Assembly (NCBI GenBank): GCA_030867685.1
Contig: JAQOWU010000003.1
Location: 930,001 to 994,000 of the forward strand
Length of the DNA stretch: 64,000 nt
Direction of reading: 5' to 3'
DNA from: Wickerhamiella versatilis
Taxonomy: Eukaryota
Under the pieces are notes generated by a model. The model ran no database searches. It was not told the origin of the DNA and worked only from the letters and a program-made list of their open reading frames with translations. Below are positions 10,667-21,597 of the stretch, piece after piece (position 1 is the stretch's first letter; every line of letters begins with the position of its first letter). A program made the translations under genes and the position numbers.

Positions 10667-11002
10667 ACTGATCAGTAAGCAGCGTCGCGAGACCAAGGAA
10701 CGCACATGCTGCGTTTATGAACGGGGTTCTGGAAAAGTTTCTTGGCACTATAGATACTTTCATATTTTAACTCTTATTATGTCTTTCTTATCCATAAGTG
10801 CAACATTACGAAGTGTCAAGACATTCGTAATCCGAAACCATTGAGAAATGCTATGAATACTTCTGGTTAACTAGTTAATTGTGTTGAAACGGTTCCAGGA
10901 CTTGAATTCTTATATCAATGTCAGTATTATTCACATCTTTTTTCTAACATTCGGTCTGCAAAAAATATTACATCAGCATATTTTTTTCGCTGCTCAACTG
11001 AG

Positions 11003-11950
11003 ATGATCAGGACTGTAAAGCCCCGCACTGCCCGCTCCAAGCGAGCCTTAAAGGAAAGGGAGCCAAAGCATGTGGAGAATAGCAAGAAAGCGCTTTTTGT
11101 TCCGGGCAACACATGCAATAAGCTGGTGCACGATGCCATGGTAGACCTTCACGGTCTAAAGAAACCTGACGGACAAAGATTCACACGGAAGAACGAAATA
11201 CGACCTTTTGAAGATCTCTCCAGTCTTGAGTTCTTCAGTGTGAAGAATGATTGTTCTCTGCTTGTACTCGGGACCCATTCTAAGAAGAGACCAAACACTT
11301 TGACGTTTGTCCGCACATTCAATTATCAGATATATGACATGATTGAGCTTTCGATTGTGAATAAGAAACTGATGAGCGATTTCCGCAAACAGACATTTTC
11401 TGTAGGATTGAAGCCGATGTTTGTCTTTACTGGCCCAATATTTGACGAACACCCTGTCTTCCGACATATTAAATCGCTCTTCTTAGATTTTTTCCGCGGC
11501 GAAACCACTGATCTACTTGATCCCCAAGGTTTGCAGCATGTCATCGCAGTGACGGCTAAAGATGCAAAGGAAGGTGAAGCATTACCGCATGTTGATTTTC
11601 GAGTTTATCTTCTTAAGACATTCAAAAGTTCCACCCCTAAGGTTCCAAGGATTGAGCTAGATGAAATTGGACCTCGCTTCGAGTTCCGTATTGGGCGTGA
11701 GCAGCCCCCGAATCCCGATGTTGAGAAGCAAGCTCTCCGGAAATCTCGCAAACACGAGGAACGTGTCAAAAAGAATGTTGAAACGGATATCATGGGTGAT
11801 AAGGTTGGCCGTATTCATATGGCAAGACAGGATCTTAACCAAATGGCAACCCGTAAAATGAAAGGCTTGAAGCGCCGGTACGACGAAGCACTGGACGAAG
11901 AAGAGGACGAGGAACCTGCGGTCTCCGAGTCAGAGCCGGAATCTGAGTAG
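11003..11950 (+). CDS. RPF2: Brix-domain ribosome biogenesis factor
   Basis: MIRTVKPRTARSKRAL, HSKKRPN, LDFFRGE, ELDEIGPR, GDKVGRIHM, TRKMKGLK. Confidence 0.95.
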   Translation: MIRTVKPRTARSKRALKEREPKHVENSKKALFVPGNTCNKLVHDAMVDLHGLKKPDGQRFTRKNEIRPFEDLSSLEFFSVKNDCSLLVLGTHSKKRPNTLTFVRTFNYQIYDMIELSIVNKKLMSDFRKQTFSVGLKPMFVFTGPIFDEHPVFRHIKSLFLDFFRGETTDLLDPQGLQHVIAVTAKDAKEGEALPHVDFRVYLLKTFKSSTPKVPRIELDEIGPRFEFRIGREQPPNPDVEKQALRKSRKHEERVKKNVETDIMGDKVGRIHMARQDLNQMATRKMKGLKRRYDEALDEEEDEEPAVSESEPESE

Positions 11951-12042
11951 TACTATATTTATATGCGGCCTCGCGCTTTACCTTAGTATCTCTGAGTTTT
12001 CAATAAATTAGGAAGCAGAAAAAAGTTATTACTTGTACTAGA

Positions 12043-12975
12043 CTAGGAACTACTGACTGCGCGATGATTAGCATTGTTGCAAAGCCGAAGCAAGTTTCTG
12101 AGTAGCATAATGATTGTGACCTTTCCTGTGGATGGCACATAGAATGATGCCCGCTGCTTTACTTCAGGGGAAAAGTTTTTCTCTGAAGAAAAATTTATGC
12201 AAACAGCTCCATCTTTAAGATATTCCACAGGAAACTTGTAATTAGGAGATGGAACTCCGGTGATCACTACATCACACTGTTTAGCAGCTTCTTCCAGAGA
12301 AACAGAAGCTTCAGAGACTGTATGCTTAACGTATCTTAAGCCCTCACCTCTCGTATATTTTTGGATACCATTGATATCAGCAGAATAGACGACCGCCCCA
12401 TCATTGGCCAAAAGTGCAGCAAGGGGTCTTCCCACAATTTCACTGCGGTTCACAACCAGTACCGTTCTGCCATAAAGCCTGTTACCATATGTTAGCATGG
12501 TGTTGTAAATCCCCAATACTTCCAACACCTTAACAACCGCTAACGGTGTGCAGGGCAAAATTGACTTTTGGACATTCTCCTTATCCAAAAATCTAACATT
12601 TTGATACATATTTCGGACGTACATATGGCTAAGCCCCTCGACATCTTTGTTGGGACTCACACATTGCTGCAGATATTGATCTTGCGTTCCACCAAACACA
12701 GGGAAGTATACTAGGATTCCATCCACAGTATCATCATCGTTCGCAGCATATATAGCTTCTTCCAATTCCTCTTTTCCTACCTCACGAAGCTCATAATTGA
12801 AGCCAAATTCCTCGCATGTTTTCGCGGTAAACTGCGCGTAAGTCCTGGCAGCGGGATCTTGATTAGCTAGAATGCCTACAAGACGTGGTGTGCGTCCAAG
12901 GTTATTTAGACCCTCTTGAAGCTCAGTTGCAAAGCGCTTGGCAATAGTACCTGCTAGTAAAGTCCTGCAGGACAT
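12043..12975 (-). CDS. MTD1: NAD-dependent methylenetetrahydrofolate dehydrogenase
   Basis: QDQYLQQ, KSILPCTPLA, YGNRLYG, NRSEIVGRPLAALLANDGA. Confidence 0.95.
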   Translation of the reverse strand: MSCRTLLAGTIAKRFATELQEGLNNLGRTPRLVGILANQDPAARTYAQFTAKTCEEFGFNYELREVGKEELEEAIYAANDDDTVDGILVYFPVFGGTQDQYLQQCVSPNKDVEGLSHMYVRNMYQNVRFLDKENVQKSILPCTPLAVVKVLEVLGIYNTMLTYGNRLYGRTVLVVNRSEIVGRPLAALLANDGAVVYSADINGIQKYTRGEGLRYVKHTVSEASVSLEEAAKQCDVVITGVPSPNYKFPVEYLKDGAVCINFSSEKNFSPEVKQRASFYVPSTGKVTIIMLLRNLLRLCNNANHRAVSSS

Positions 12976-13092
12976 CTCTTACAAGATATACCCAGAAACT
13001 TGTAAAAAATTTTAGTCATCGAACAACTTATATGCGACAATCGTTTACTATGGGCTATGTCCCATGATCATCAGAATGGCTATCTAACCTGT

Positions 13093-15045
13093 CTAACTTG
13101 AAGCTTCCTGGCCTTCAAATAACTTGAGATGTTTAGTTCCTTCATCCCAAGAGGCACCACCCACCATGCTTTGTATAGCCTTAATAACGTCTTCAATAGA
13201 GCCACGCTTTTGAACAGTAGAGTCTCGTTCACGAATTGTAACCGTGTGATCCTCCACAGATTGGAAGTCTACCGTTATGCCAAATGGCGTACCAACCTCA
13301 TCATTTCTCGCGTAGCGCCTTCCAATACTAGCACTAGAGTCATCCACCTTAACAGCAATTGAACTGCGACGGAGAGCCCTGGTAAGCTCGTTAATCAATG
13401 GTTCAAACACTGCATTGGAGGAGAGCGGACAGACAAGTACCTTAGTAGGAGCTACTGCAGGCTTGAAAGACATTACTCCTCGAGTGGAGTCTTCGGGACG
13501 CATCCAATAAGAGTGCTCAAGAAGAGAGTAGAGAACTCGTCCAATGCCAAATGATGGCTCAATGACATTTGGAGTATATTCGCGGATATTTTCCTTGACA
13601 GTTCGCTTCTCTATTGTGATAAGTTCAGGAGTTAGCTTAGCCTCACTCACTGGCACTGATATTTCACCGGTTGATGCGAGCTGCTCACTGAGAGTCTCCA
13701 ATTCACATTCAGTCTGACTTTGAAGCCATTTTTCTACTTGGCCAGCGTCTTTTCTGAAGACAGGTCCAAACTTTTTGCGATTAATAGAATATTCCCATCT
13801 GTCAAATACACGTGGCTTTTCGAGTGCTTCGCGCACCGTGAGCCTTGTGTTAGTACGCGCCTGATGAACCGTAAGGTCGTAAGCCGATCGATCAGCACAC
13901 CCGACGCATTCAACCCAGCCGTAACTTGATTGAAGCTCGCAGTCCCAGCAGTCTGCAGCATAATGAGCCATTTCATTCTGAAGGTGTTGACGGAAACGCA
14001 TACGTTTTGGGTCTACACCTATCTTCTGCATGAAGAGTGCAATTCTGCCGATAAAATACCCAAGTGTCTCATTATCAATCATTTTATCAGAAACAGCCTT
14101 GCCTAGAGTGATTTTAGTGGATTCAGTCTTCCCTGCAAGTTGTGTAGACGATGGCAAAGCTTCTATCTCCAGATCTGCTACTTCTGAAAACCGGGGATGT
14201 TTCTTATTTTCTGGATCGACGAAGTGCTCGATTTCAGCCATCAAGAACTCTCTGACACGAAGAAGTCCAGCGCGAGGACTGATCTCGTTACGGAATGATT
14301 TACCCACAGAAGCCGACGCGAAAGGCATCTTATTGTTATTCGCATCAAGGAGCTTTGAAAAGTTCAGAAATTGACCTTGCGCAGTCTCAGGGCGGAAGTA
14401 ACCCTTCAAGTTACCACTGGGTCCGATTTGTGTTTCAAACATGAGATTAAATTCAACTGGTGGTGCAAGTTCCTCACCATTAGCAGGATTGCGTATGTCA
14501 AATTTCTTTATCAGTTCACCAAGAGCTTCACCATCGTAATTGTCTATCTGAGCAAGAACGTTTTCGTACTCTTGGCGCACTGAGTCCTCAAGCTTTACAG
14601 CTGTAATCTCCTTGACCTTCTTCTTGCGCTTCTTCTTATCATCTGACTCCTCAGCAGGTTTTTGGGCGACACCTCGAGCCTCAGCATCACCCTTGATGCG
14701 TGCCTCGAGCACTTCCTCAACAAGGTGGTCTGCCCTGAAAATTTCACCCGTTTTCAAGTCACGAGTCATCCAGTCAGTAAATTTATCAACATGACCACTT
14801 GTTTTCAAAACCTCAGCTGGCGTGAGTGCCGTGCAGTCTACTTCAAGCATATCCTCTTCCAAGATGAAGTGCTTCTTCCACAGGTCGATGATATTCGACT
14901 GAAGAGCGCAGCCTGACGGCCCGTAATCATACAGACCACTAACACCACCATATATCTCGAAACTAGGCGCGTAAAAAAAGCGCTGGCGCATTACGCTCTC
15001 AAATTGTTCACGGTTGAACAACTGCTGTGCTGGGCGCGTTGCCAT
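13093..15045 (-). CDS. GRS1: Glycyl-tRNA synthetase
   Basis: IYGGVSGLYDYGP, RPETAQGQF, FRNEISPR, NVIEPSFGIGR, IGRRYARNDE. Confidence 0.97.
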   Translation of the reverse strand: MATRPAQQLFNREQFESVMRQRFFYAPSFEIYGGVSGLYDYGPSGCALQSNIIDLWKKHFILEEDMLEVDCTALTPAEVLKTSGHVDKFTDWMTRDLKTGEIFRADHLVEEVLEARIKGDAEARGVAQKPAEESDDKKKRKKKVKEITAVKLEDSVRQEYENVLAQIDNYDGEALGELIKKFDIRNPANGEELAPPVEFNLMFETQIGPSGNLKGYFRPETAQGQFLNFSKLLDANNNKMPFASASVGKSFRNEISPRAGLLRVREFLMAEIEHFVDPENKKHPRFSEVADLEIEALPSSTQLAGKTESTKITLGKAVSDKMIDNETLGYFIGRIALFMQKIGVDPKRMRFRQHLQNEMAHYAADCWDCELQSSYGWVECVGCADRSAYDLTVHQARTNTRLTVREALEKPRVFDRWEYSINRKKFGPVFRKDAGQVEKWLQSQTECELETLSEQLASTGEISVPVSEAKLTPELITIEKRTVKENIREYTPNVIEPSFGIGRVLYSLLEHSYWMRPEDSTRGVMSFKPAVAPTKVLVCPLSSNAVFEPLINELTRALRRSSIAVKVDDSSASIGRRYARNDEVGTPFGITVDFQSVEDHTVTIRERDSTVQKRGSIEDVIKAIQSMVGGASWDEGTKHLKLFEGQEASS

Positions 15046-15556
15046 CTTGTGAAGCTGTCGACGAAAAAGACGAATGATTATGTCAATCGCTTTAGTCAGT
15101 CTGAGATGGAGTTAATGAGGCTATCAATTTCTTCTTGAAAGGAAAGGATTGGGCGAGGTATCTCATATTTAGCAATGATTGTAATATTGCTTTGAATTAT
15201 TGATTCATTCGCAATTGCAAAAGTTACCATTCCAACAAAAATGAGATCATATCCAAAAGATGCGGGCAGATGAATGTGGAGAAGCACACAGCGTGGAGTG
15301 GTAATTTAACAGTATCCAAGTTGTTTTTCTTTTATATGTTTTTGATATGCATGAAAATGTTTTCAATTCGATTAACTCGTAAATCTATATATCAAACAAC
15401 TCAATCAATGACAAAGCCAAACTTTCCTGAAGCAAGTAGGCACATTATGAAATATCAGGATACTGGTATAGCCAATATCAATTTCCATTCATAGTCTCTT
15501 TTGGAGTGAAGTTTCACGACGCGACTGTTCTGCTGCTGACTCACTTTCGCCTTGGG

Positions 15557-18500
15557 ATGGCGTCCGTTGAACAATTACAAGTTCAGGGAGTTCGAGCATT
15601 TGATCCATATCGGTTTGAAAAATTGCGCTTTGGCCATCCACTAACATTAATAGTAGGTGCTAATGGTGTTGGAAAAACCACTATAATCGAATGCCTTCTT
15701 TATGCAATGGCAGGTGAGCTGCCTGGTGGAAAAACCGGTGGAAGTGCATTTGTGCAGGATCCCCGAATTTCGAAGTCCAGTCAGGTAATGGCACAAGTAA
15801 AGCTTGAATTTGTCGATGTGAAGGGTAGTAAAGGAACAATTTCCCGGAGTATGAGTGCAACTCTACGATCGGGATCCCAGGCGCCTACATTTAAAACGGT
15901 CGATAGCCAAATGGTGGTTGGAGGACACCACGTTGGTGGCCGCGAAACTGCTACTGCTCGAGTTGCTGATGCAAACGAACAAATAGTCAAACGTTTAGGT
16001 CTTCCTTTGGCAATACAAAAATATATTGTCTGCTGTCATCAAGAGGAATCCTTATGGCCTCTCTCTGATCCCCGACATCTTAAGGATCGTTTTGATGAAC
16101 TCTTTGAAAGTTCTAAATACACAAAGTTTTTGGAAAGAATTCGAGTTCAGCGCAATGAGCTCAAAAGTCGCTTGAGGCTTCTTGAGAAAGATGTTGTATC
16201 ATTGGAACGCGATATCAAAATTGTCCATGGTAAACGTGATGAGCGGACTGATCTTGAAGGACGTATTCGTGAATATACTGTGGAATGCAACTCTTTGCAA
16301 CGTCAAATAGACCAGGACACCCGAGAGCTTAAACGTCTCTTTGAGATGAACCAACAATTCCAAAGAGTCGTAGAAGAAGTGAAACAAAATCAAAGTGCAA
16401 TTCTCCGACTCCAGGAAAATATAGAGTTGATAGAAGATGGATTGGAAGAGCTTTCAGAGCCAGACCATGATTTGTTACATGCCTTAGAGAGCGACTCAGA
16501 GCATTCCGAACTACAGCGCGAGCGAACTTGTCTAGAGGAGAAATCAAATGAATTAAATGCCAGGCTAAAAGATGCACAGCAGGAACTGGCACAGTTGGCA
16601 AACCAGATGGGGCGAGTGGAATCTCTGAAAGAGGCATATGATGATGCACTTAATGCCCTTAATGATCTTTGCAAGAATGAAGACCCAGTAAAGTATGAAA
16701 AGGAACTTGATACGAATCTTAGACAGGTCCAGGATGCATTTGAGAGGATAACGCTAGCCAATCGACAAAGAGAGGATGAGAGGCAAAAAGTTATATCTAG
16801 TTCTGAAGCACAGTCAATCCAAATTCAACAATCAGTAAGAGCTGGACTGGATAAGATCCACGAGCTAGAATCCAAAGTTGATGAGTTGTCTGTTGCAACA
16901 AGTGGCTCGTCCCGTACGGATTACTACCATGAGCAAGCTGAGGATGCTCTTAAAGCACTAGAGAAGGCCAGAAAAGTAATACAGGAGTTTCAAGATAGCG
17001 GTGAATTGGCACAAGCCATAGAAGCCGTCAGAAAAACTCAGAAGGATGTTGATGTTGCCCAAAGGGATTTAGCATCTGCCACTGACAGGAGCTCAGAAGA
17101 AAATAGGGAAAAAATTCTTAGAAATGAGATAAGTCGTCGTGAAAGGGATTTGAGGAATATCCGTGACCAATATCCCGATACTTCCTGCAGTACTGAGAGT
17201 CTCAATGAGGCTAAGGAGCGTTATGACAATACAAGACTGTCACTTCAAAAGGCTAAAGAGCAAATGACCGAAATTCAAGATCTTAATCGACAACTGGGGA
17301 GCTATCAGAAGGGCACGCTTGCAGAAGCTGAGACAGAGTTTGAAATTGCAACTCAAAGCGCAGAGCAGACCGACTTTATCTCAAGATTCTATACTGCTGC
17401 TTTGAATAAAGCCCATAGTCAATCACAATGTCTGCTATGTGAGCATACTAAGACATCAAAAGAGCAAAAGGATCTAGAGAACCTTTTAGAGTCCAAATTG
17501 AAAAGTATTCCAATACACCCTGAAGATGCCGCAAGACAAGTTGACGAAGCCAGAAAAAAGGTTGAACATGCTCGACGTCTTGAACCTCTCGCTTTGAGGA
17601 GATCTGAACTCCCTGAAAAGCTGGACTTTACCGATTTAGAGATTGAGGTTGATAGTAGCTTGCATGAACTTCACAGGCTAGAGGCAATTCAGCAGGCTGG
17701 TGCTGATGTCGGTCGTCTAGAAGCTGAGATAGCGGATCTCAAATCGCAAATAATTCCAACTTCTCAATCCATGGAATCTCTTGAGAGTGTAAGAAATAGA
17801 CTCAGAAAGGCACAAGTGGACAGAGCAGCCTCAGAATCAAGAATGGAAGAATTGAGAGATCGAGAAGCCACCTTTCAGAAAAAGTTGTCGCGCTTGGCTG
17901 AGGAATATTCTGATGCAAGATTCCAGTTGTCCAAAGCAGAGATGCAGGAACAAGAACGAAGCCACCAACTACAGCGATTGCACGAAATCAATCGCACGTT
18001 AGATGAAGAGAGAATTAAGGTCAAAAATGCTCGATCTATGCTCCCAGAGAATGAAAAAGTGGCTGATGAGGCGAGAGAAGAACTCAGAGCATTAAAGGTT
18101 GATAATGGACGCCGTGAACGCAGTTTAGTAGACGAAAGGACTAAATTCTTGGATGCGAAGCATTCTTTTGATGCTGCACGATCGAATGTAGTAGAACTGG
18201 AGCATAAGCTGAGTAGCAACTCAGCAGAAAAGCTTCAAGGTGAGATGAATGCAGGTGATGAGTTAATAAAACAGCTTCAAGCCGAACAGACTTCCACCAA
18301 CCATGCATTGAGGCAAATTGATGTCCATGAGGCGGATAAAACTCGTCGTAGGCGCCAGATTTTGGATACACTGCATGTTCGGAAGCAGCGTCATCAGCTG
18401 ATGATACTTCAAAATCGCATACGCGACCTAGAAGCCCAAAATGCGGAAGCATCGAGGAGGAATTATGAAATAGAGACCTCTCATATTCAGGAACGTGTTT

Positions 18501-19225
18501 CTGATGCCACTGCATACAGAGCATCACGTCAAGGAGAAGTTCGTCAAATAGAACGCCAATTGACGAGCATTGCAACAGAATTGGGCGGTCGATATTTGAC
18601 TACAGAATCGGACCTTCTAGATGCTCGAACACGTTTTGAAACGACTGAAGCTGTCTCGAGTGACCTGGATACTTACAGTCGTGCCGTCAGCTCCGCAATC
18701 ACCGAATTTCACTCGCGTAAGATGCGTGAAATTAATAGAGAACTCGATTTACTGTGGAGGACTACCTATACAGGCTCTGATATCGATACAATATGCATCC
18801 GCAGCGAATCTGAACAACTTGCCCGTGGGACATCGTACCGATACCGAGTCGTTATGCGGAAAGGGATGACCGAATTAGACATGCGTGGACGATGTTCAGC
18901 CGGACAAAAAGTATTGGCCGCCATTATAATACGTCTTGCTTTGGCAGAGTGTTTTGGTGTTGACTGTGGCCTTATTGTATTAGATGAACCAACCACAAAT
19001 CTTGACCGGGATAATTCTGATGCATTAGCGCAATCTTTATCGAAAATTATTGAGAGCAGGAGTAGCCAACGCAACTTTCAACTCATTGTTATTACGCATG
19101 ATGAGCATTTTCTTGTAGCAATGAACCCGTCGCAATATACCTCGCATTTTTATCGTGTCGATAGAGACCAACGACAATATACATCAATAAAAAGAATGCC
19201 TATTAACCAACTAGTCGAACCATAG
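15557..19225 (+). CDS. RAD50: Rad50, MRX complex ATPase
   Basis: Walker A GANGVGKTTIIE; CHQEESLWPL; zinc hook CLLC; MRGRCSAGQKV; LDEPTTNLD. First ATG 15557. Confidence 0.96.
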   Translation: MASVEQLQVQGVRAFDPYRFEKLRFGHPLTLIVGANGVGKTTIIECLLYAMAGELPGGKTGGSAFVQDPRISKSSQVMAQVKLEFVDVKGSKGTISRSMSATLRSGSQAPTFKTVDSQMVVGGHHVGGRETATARVADANEQIVKRLGLPLAIQKYIVCCHQEESLWPLSDPRHLKDRFDELFESSKYTKFLERIRVQRNELKSRLRLLEKDVVSLERDIKIVHGKRDERTDLEGRIREYTVECNSLQRQIDQDTRELKRLFEMNQQFQRVVEEVKQNQSAILRLQENIELIEDGLEELSEPDHDLLHALESDSEHSELQRERTCLEEKSNELNARLKDAQQELAQLANQMGRVESLKEAYDDALNALNDLCKNEDPVKYEKELDTNLRQVQDAFERITLANRQREDERQKVISSSEAQSIQIQQSVRAGLDKIHELESKVDELSVATSGSSRTDYYHEQAEDALKALEKARKVIQEFQDSGELAQAIEAVRKTQKDVDVAQRDLASATDRSSEENREKILRNEISRRERDLRNIRDQYPDTSCSTESLNEAKERYDNTRLSLQKAKEQMTEIQDLNRQLGSYQKGTLAEAETEFEIATQSAEQTDFISRFYTAALNKAHSQSQCLLCEHTKTSKEQKDLENLLESKLKSIPIHPEDAARQVDEARKKVEHARRLEPLALRRSELPEKLDFTDLEIEVDSSLHELHRLEAIQQAGADVGRLEAEIADLKSQIIPTSQSMESLESVRNRLRKAQVDRAASESRMEELRDREATFQKKLSRLAEEYSDARFQLSKAEMQEQERSHQLQRLHEINRTLDEERIKVKNARSMLPENEKVADEAREELRALKVDNGRRERSLVDERTKFLDAKHSFDAARSNVVELEHKLSSNSAEKLQGEMNAGDELIKQLQAEQTSTNHALRQIDVHEADKTRRRRQILDTLHVRKQRHQLMILQNRIRDLEAQNAEASRRNYEIETSHIQERVSDATAYRASRQGEVRQIERQLTSIATELGGRYLTTESDLLDARTRFETTEAVSSDLDTYSRAVSSAITEFHSRKMREINRELDLLWRTTYTGSDIDTICIRSESEQLARGTSYRYRVVMRKGMTELDMRGRCSAGQKVLAAIIIRLALAECFGVDCGLIVLDEPTTNLDRDNSDALAQSLSKIIESRSSQRNFQLIVITHDEHFLVAMNPSQYTSHFYRVDRDQRQYTSIKRMPINQLVEP

Positions 19226-19437
19226 AATAAGCATAAAGCATTTTTATTTCTTTTTCCTTTCAAACGGATCTGATAGCTCTATATCTACTTTCACAATTCA
19301 TAGTTTCATCATTATTACTTAAGAGTCTCATCCGAATTCAACTTTATGCAGTCACATTGAGGTTCATAAAAATTGGCTCGATTGGTTATACCAAAAAAGC
19401 CTACCAAATTGGAGATAATTCAGAACTTAAAGAGAAT

Positions 19438-21114
19438 CTAATTACCTAGAGCTTCTGCAATTTGCTTTCTGTAAGATTGCTGCGTCTCAATTTGGTCCAA
19501 GAAGATTTTATATTTAGCCTCCAGTAAGGCCCTAAGCTGTACATCCTGTGACGGGAATACAACAGTTCCTGGGCGGCTCAATTGCTCCATCACATCAAAA
19601 AGAGGATGGTTTGTGGCTGCTCTGGCAGCAAGCATAGCTGTGCCAAGAACAACTGCAGAGTCAATATAATAAGGAATTATCACGGGCATGTCGGTACATG
19701 TTGCCAGCAAGCTAGTAAGAATTTCATTACGGCATTGTCCACCGCTGAGATATAAGTACTCAACACTGTGACCAGCTGCATTCATCGCTTGGACGATTTG
19801 CTTTGTTTGCTGGCAAATGAACTCGAGACACGCAAGGTATTGTACAGCAAGATCGTTCAGAGATGAATCCATGCTCAAACCTGTTATAGAGCCCCGCATA
19901 TTGGGATCTGCAATTGGTGAACGATTTCCGTACATGTCCCCATACCAGAACATATTCTTTGCCAGGAGAGAGATATGCTGAAGATCTTCAGCTGAGGCCA
20001 GATCATGAAGCCTCCTATTCAGTAACTCAAACTTATTTTTCCCAGTTTTCACAGAAAGTTCATTCAACTCAGCTGACGCCGGGTGCGTTGATGTCAACCA
20101 AGCTAATAATTGACCAGTGGTTGACTGACCACCCTCTCCACACCACTTACCTCTCACAAGCGCATCACGGTAAGGTCCCCATACACCTGGTACAAATACA
20201 GCTTCATCTGACATGACGATATGGCAGGTTGAGGTCCCGGCAACCAGTGCAAGCCTCGATGTGATAGGATGTGTGGGTAATTGCGGGGTTTTCGAGGCAA
20301 TAGTTCCAATCCATCCACTATATGCGTCAATAACCCCGCTTCCGACGACTACATCAGTGTGTAAACCAAGTTCTTTTGCAGATTTTTCGGTAAGACGGCC
20401 TACTGGGTCACCAGCAGAAAAATAAGCCCCGTTCTTACCTTCAACACCACCCATACGACTGAAATCATTGAAACAGAGATCCTCGAGACCTAGGGATACC
20501 AGAAATTCTTTGTTCCAGCCCGTAGTTGAGCCATCAACCCCTATAGGCACGTATCCAAGCTTGCAGGTTACTGAGCAAAATGAGCGTGAGTTGATTCCGG
20601 TTGACTTGTCCGTCAAAAAGTCACTCAGATCATAAAACTGAGTATCCTGCCACATATGCTGCGGCATATTTTCTTTTAGCCACATTATTTTCGGAATCTC
20701 CATCTCAATCGACATCTGGCCACCAACATAGCGCAGTAGCGGATGTCCTGTCGATTTGATGCGAGCAGTCTGAGATGGTGCACGGTGATCCATCCAAAGA
20801 ATAGTGTCTTGATTAGCATTGCTGAAATCAGGACCAACTGGTACACTTTCACCTCGGCCATTCAGCACAACGAGAGAACATGTTGCATCGTAGGCTATTC
20901 CTTTGACTTTTAGAATATCAATATCTTTTGTTACTGCCTGAACACAGTGGCAAATGCACTTCCAAATATTTTCTGAAGATTGGTTGATATGGTGAAGCTT
21001 CGGTTCCCACCTTTGGATCTCTAAAGCATCTTGGGCAATTATTTCTCCTGTTTCATCTATCAAACATGCCCGAGCACTTCCTGTACCGACGTCGACACCA
21101 ATATAATACGACAT
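19438..21114 (-). CDS. FGGY-family carbohydrate kinase (YDR109C-like ribulokinase)
   Basis: YYIGVDVGTGSARA, ILWMDHRA, GTSTCH, GVWGPY, GNRSPIADP, SGGQ. Confidence 0.92.
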   Translation of the reverse strand: MSYYIGVDVGTGSARACLIDETGEIIAQDALEIQRWEPKLHHINQSSENIWKCICHCVQAVTKDIDILKVKGIAYDATCSLVVLNGRGESVPVGPDFSNANQDTILWMDHRAPSQTARIKSTGHPLLRYVGGQMSIEMEIPKIMWLKENMPQHMWQDTQFYDLSDFLTDKSTGINSRSFCSVTCKLGYVPIGVDGSTTGWNKEFLVSLGLEDLCFNDFSRMGGVEGKNGAYFSAGDPVGRLTEKSAKELGLHTDVVVGSGVIDAYSGWIGTIASKTPQLPTHPITSRLALVAGTSTCHIVMSDEAVFVPGVWGPYRDALVRGKWCGEGGQSTTGQLLAWLTSTHPASAELNELSVKTGKNKFELLNRRLHDLASAEDLQHISLLAKNMFWYGDMYGNRSPIADPNMRGSITGLSMDSSLNDLAVQYLACLEFICQQTKQIVQAMNAAGHSVEYLYLSGGQCRNEILTSLLATCTDMPVIIPYYIDSAVVLGTAMLAARAATNHPLFDVMEQLSRPGTVVFPSQDVQLRALLEAKYKIFLDQIETQQSYRKQIAEALGN

Positions 21115-21160
21115 GTGTAAGTCACTGCTGCTTACTTGAGGTAAACGTCATAGATATACG

Positions 21161-21173
21161 AAAAATTGCGGGG
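21161..21173. promoter_or_regulatory. Mig1/CreA-type glucose-repression site
   Basis: AAAAATTGCGGGG (AT-rich flank plus SYGGGG) about 50 bp upstream of the sugar kinase ATG. Confidence 0.5.
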
Positions 21174-21597
21174 TCCGGTGATGGAAATCATACTCTGGAA
21201 CTAAAAAATAGAAACACAACAGATATTTTGGACACCTCTACTGGCGAACTGATCATATTAAGGTTTATTACATGTATTATCACAACGATTGCCTAAAGCA
21301 GTTAGGGTTTGTTATCATAATTGGATAGGACCCCCGGACACTATAGCTTAAACCTAGAAGTTCTTGCTGCGAATACACCTGTGTATTTATTTAAAGTCAA
21401 GAGACAGCATTACTGTTCATATGCGTACCCTTATTACTTTATTTCATTATCATGAATACGAATATCTTTGAAATGTTAATTAGTATATATAATTATAAAT
21501 AATATTTATAATTCAAAACAAGAGTTCATAAGTATTCATTAAGCACTTAGAGCGATACGCCTGGGTGGGCAATGCTGAACAGACTTTACATCAGCCG

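Noticed and set aside
15096-15494. Short ORFs in the GRS1-RAD50 intergenic region
   Set aside because: AT-rich, non-ATG or unrecognisable; no C/D or H/ACA box arrangement found
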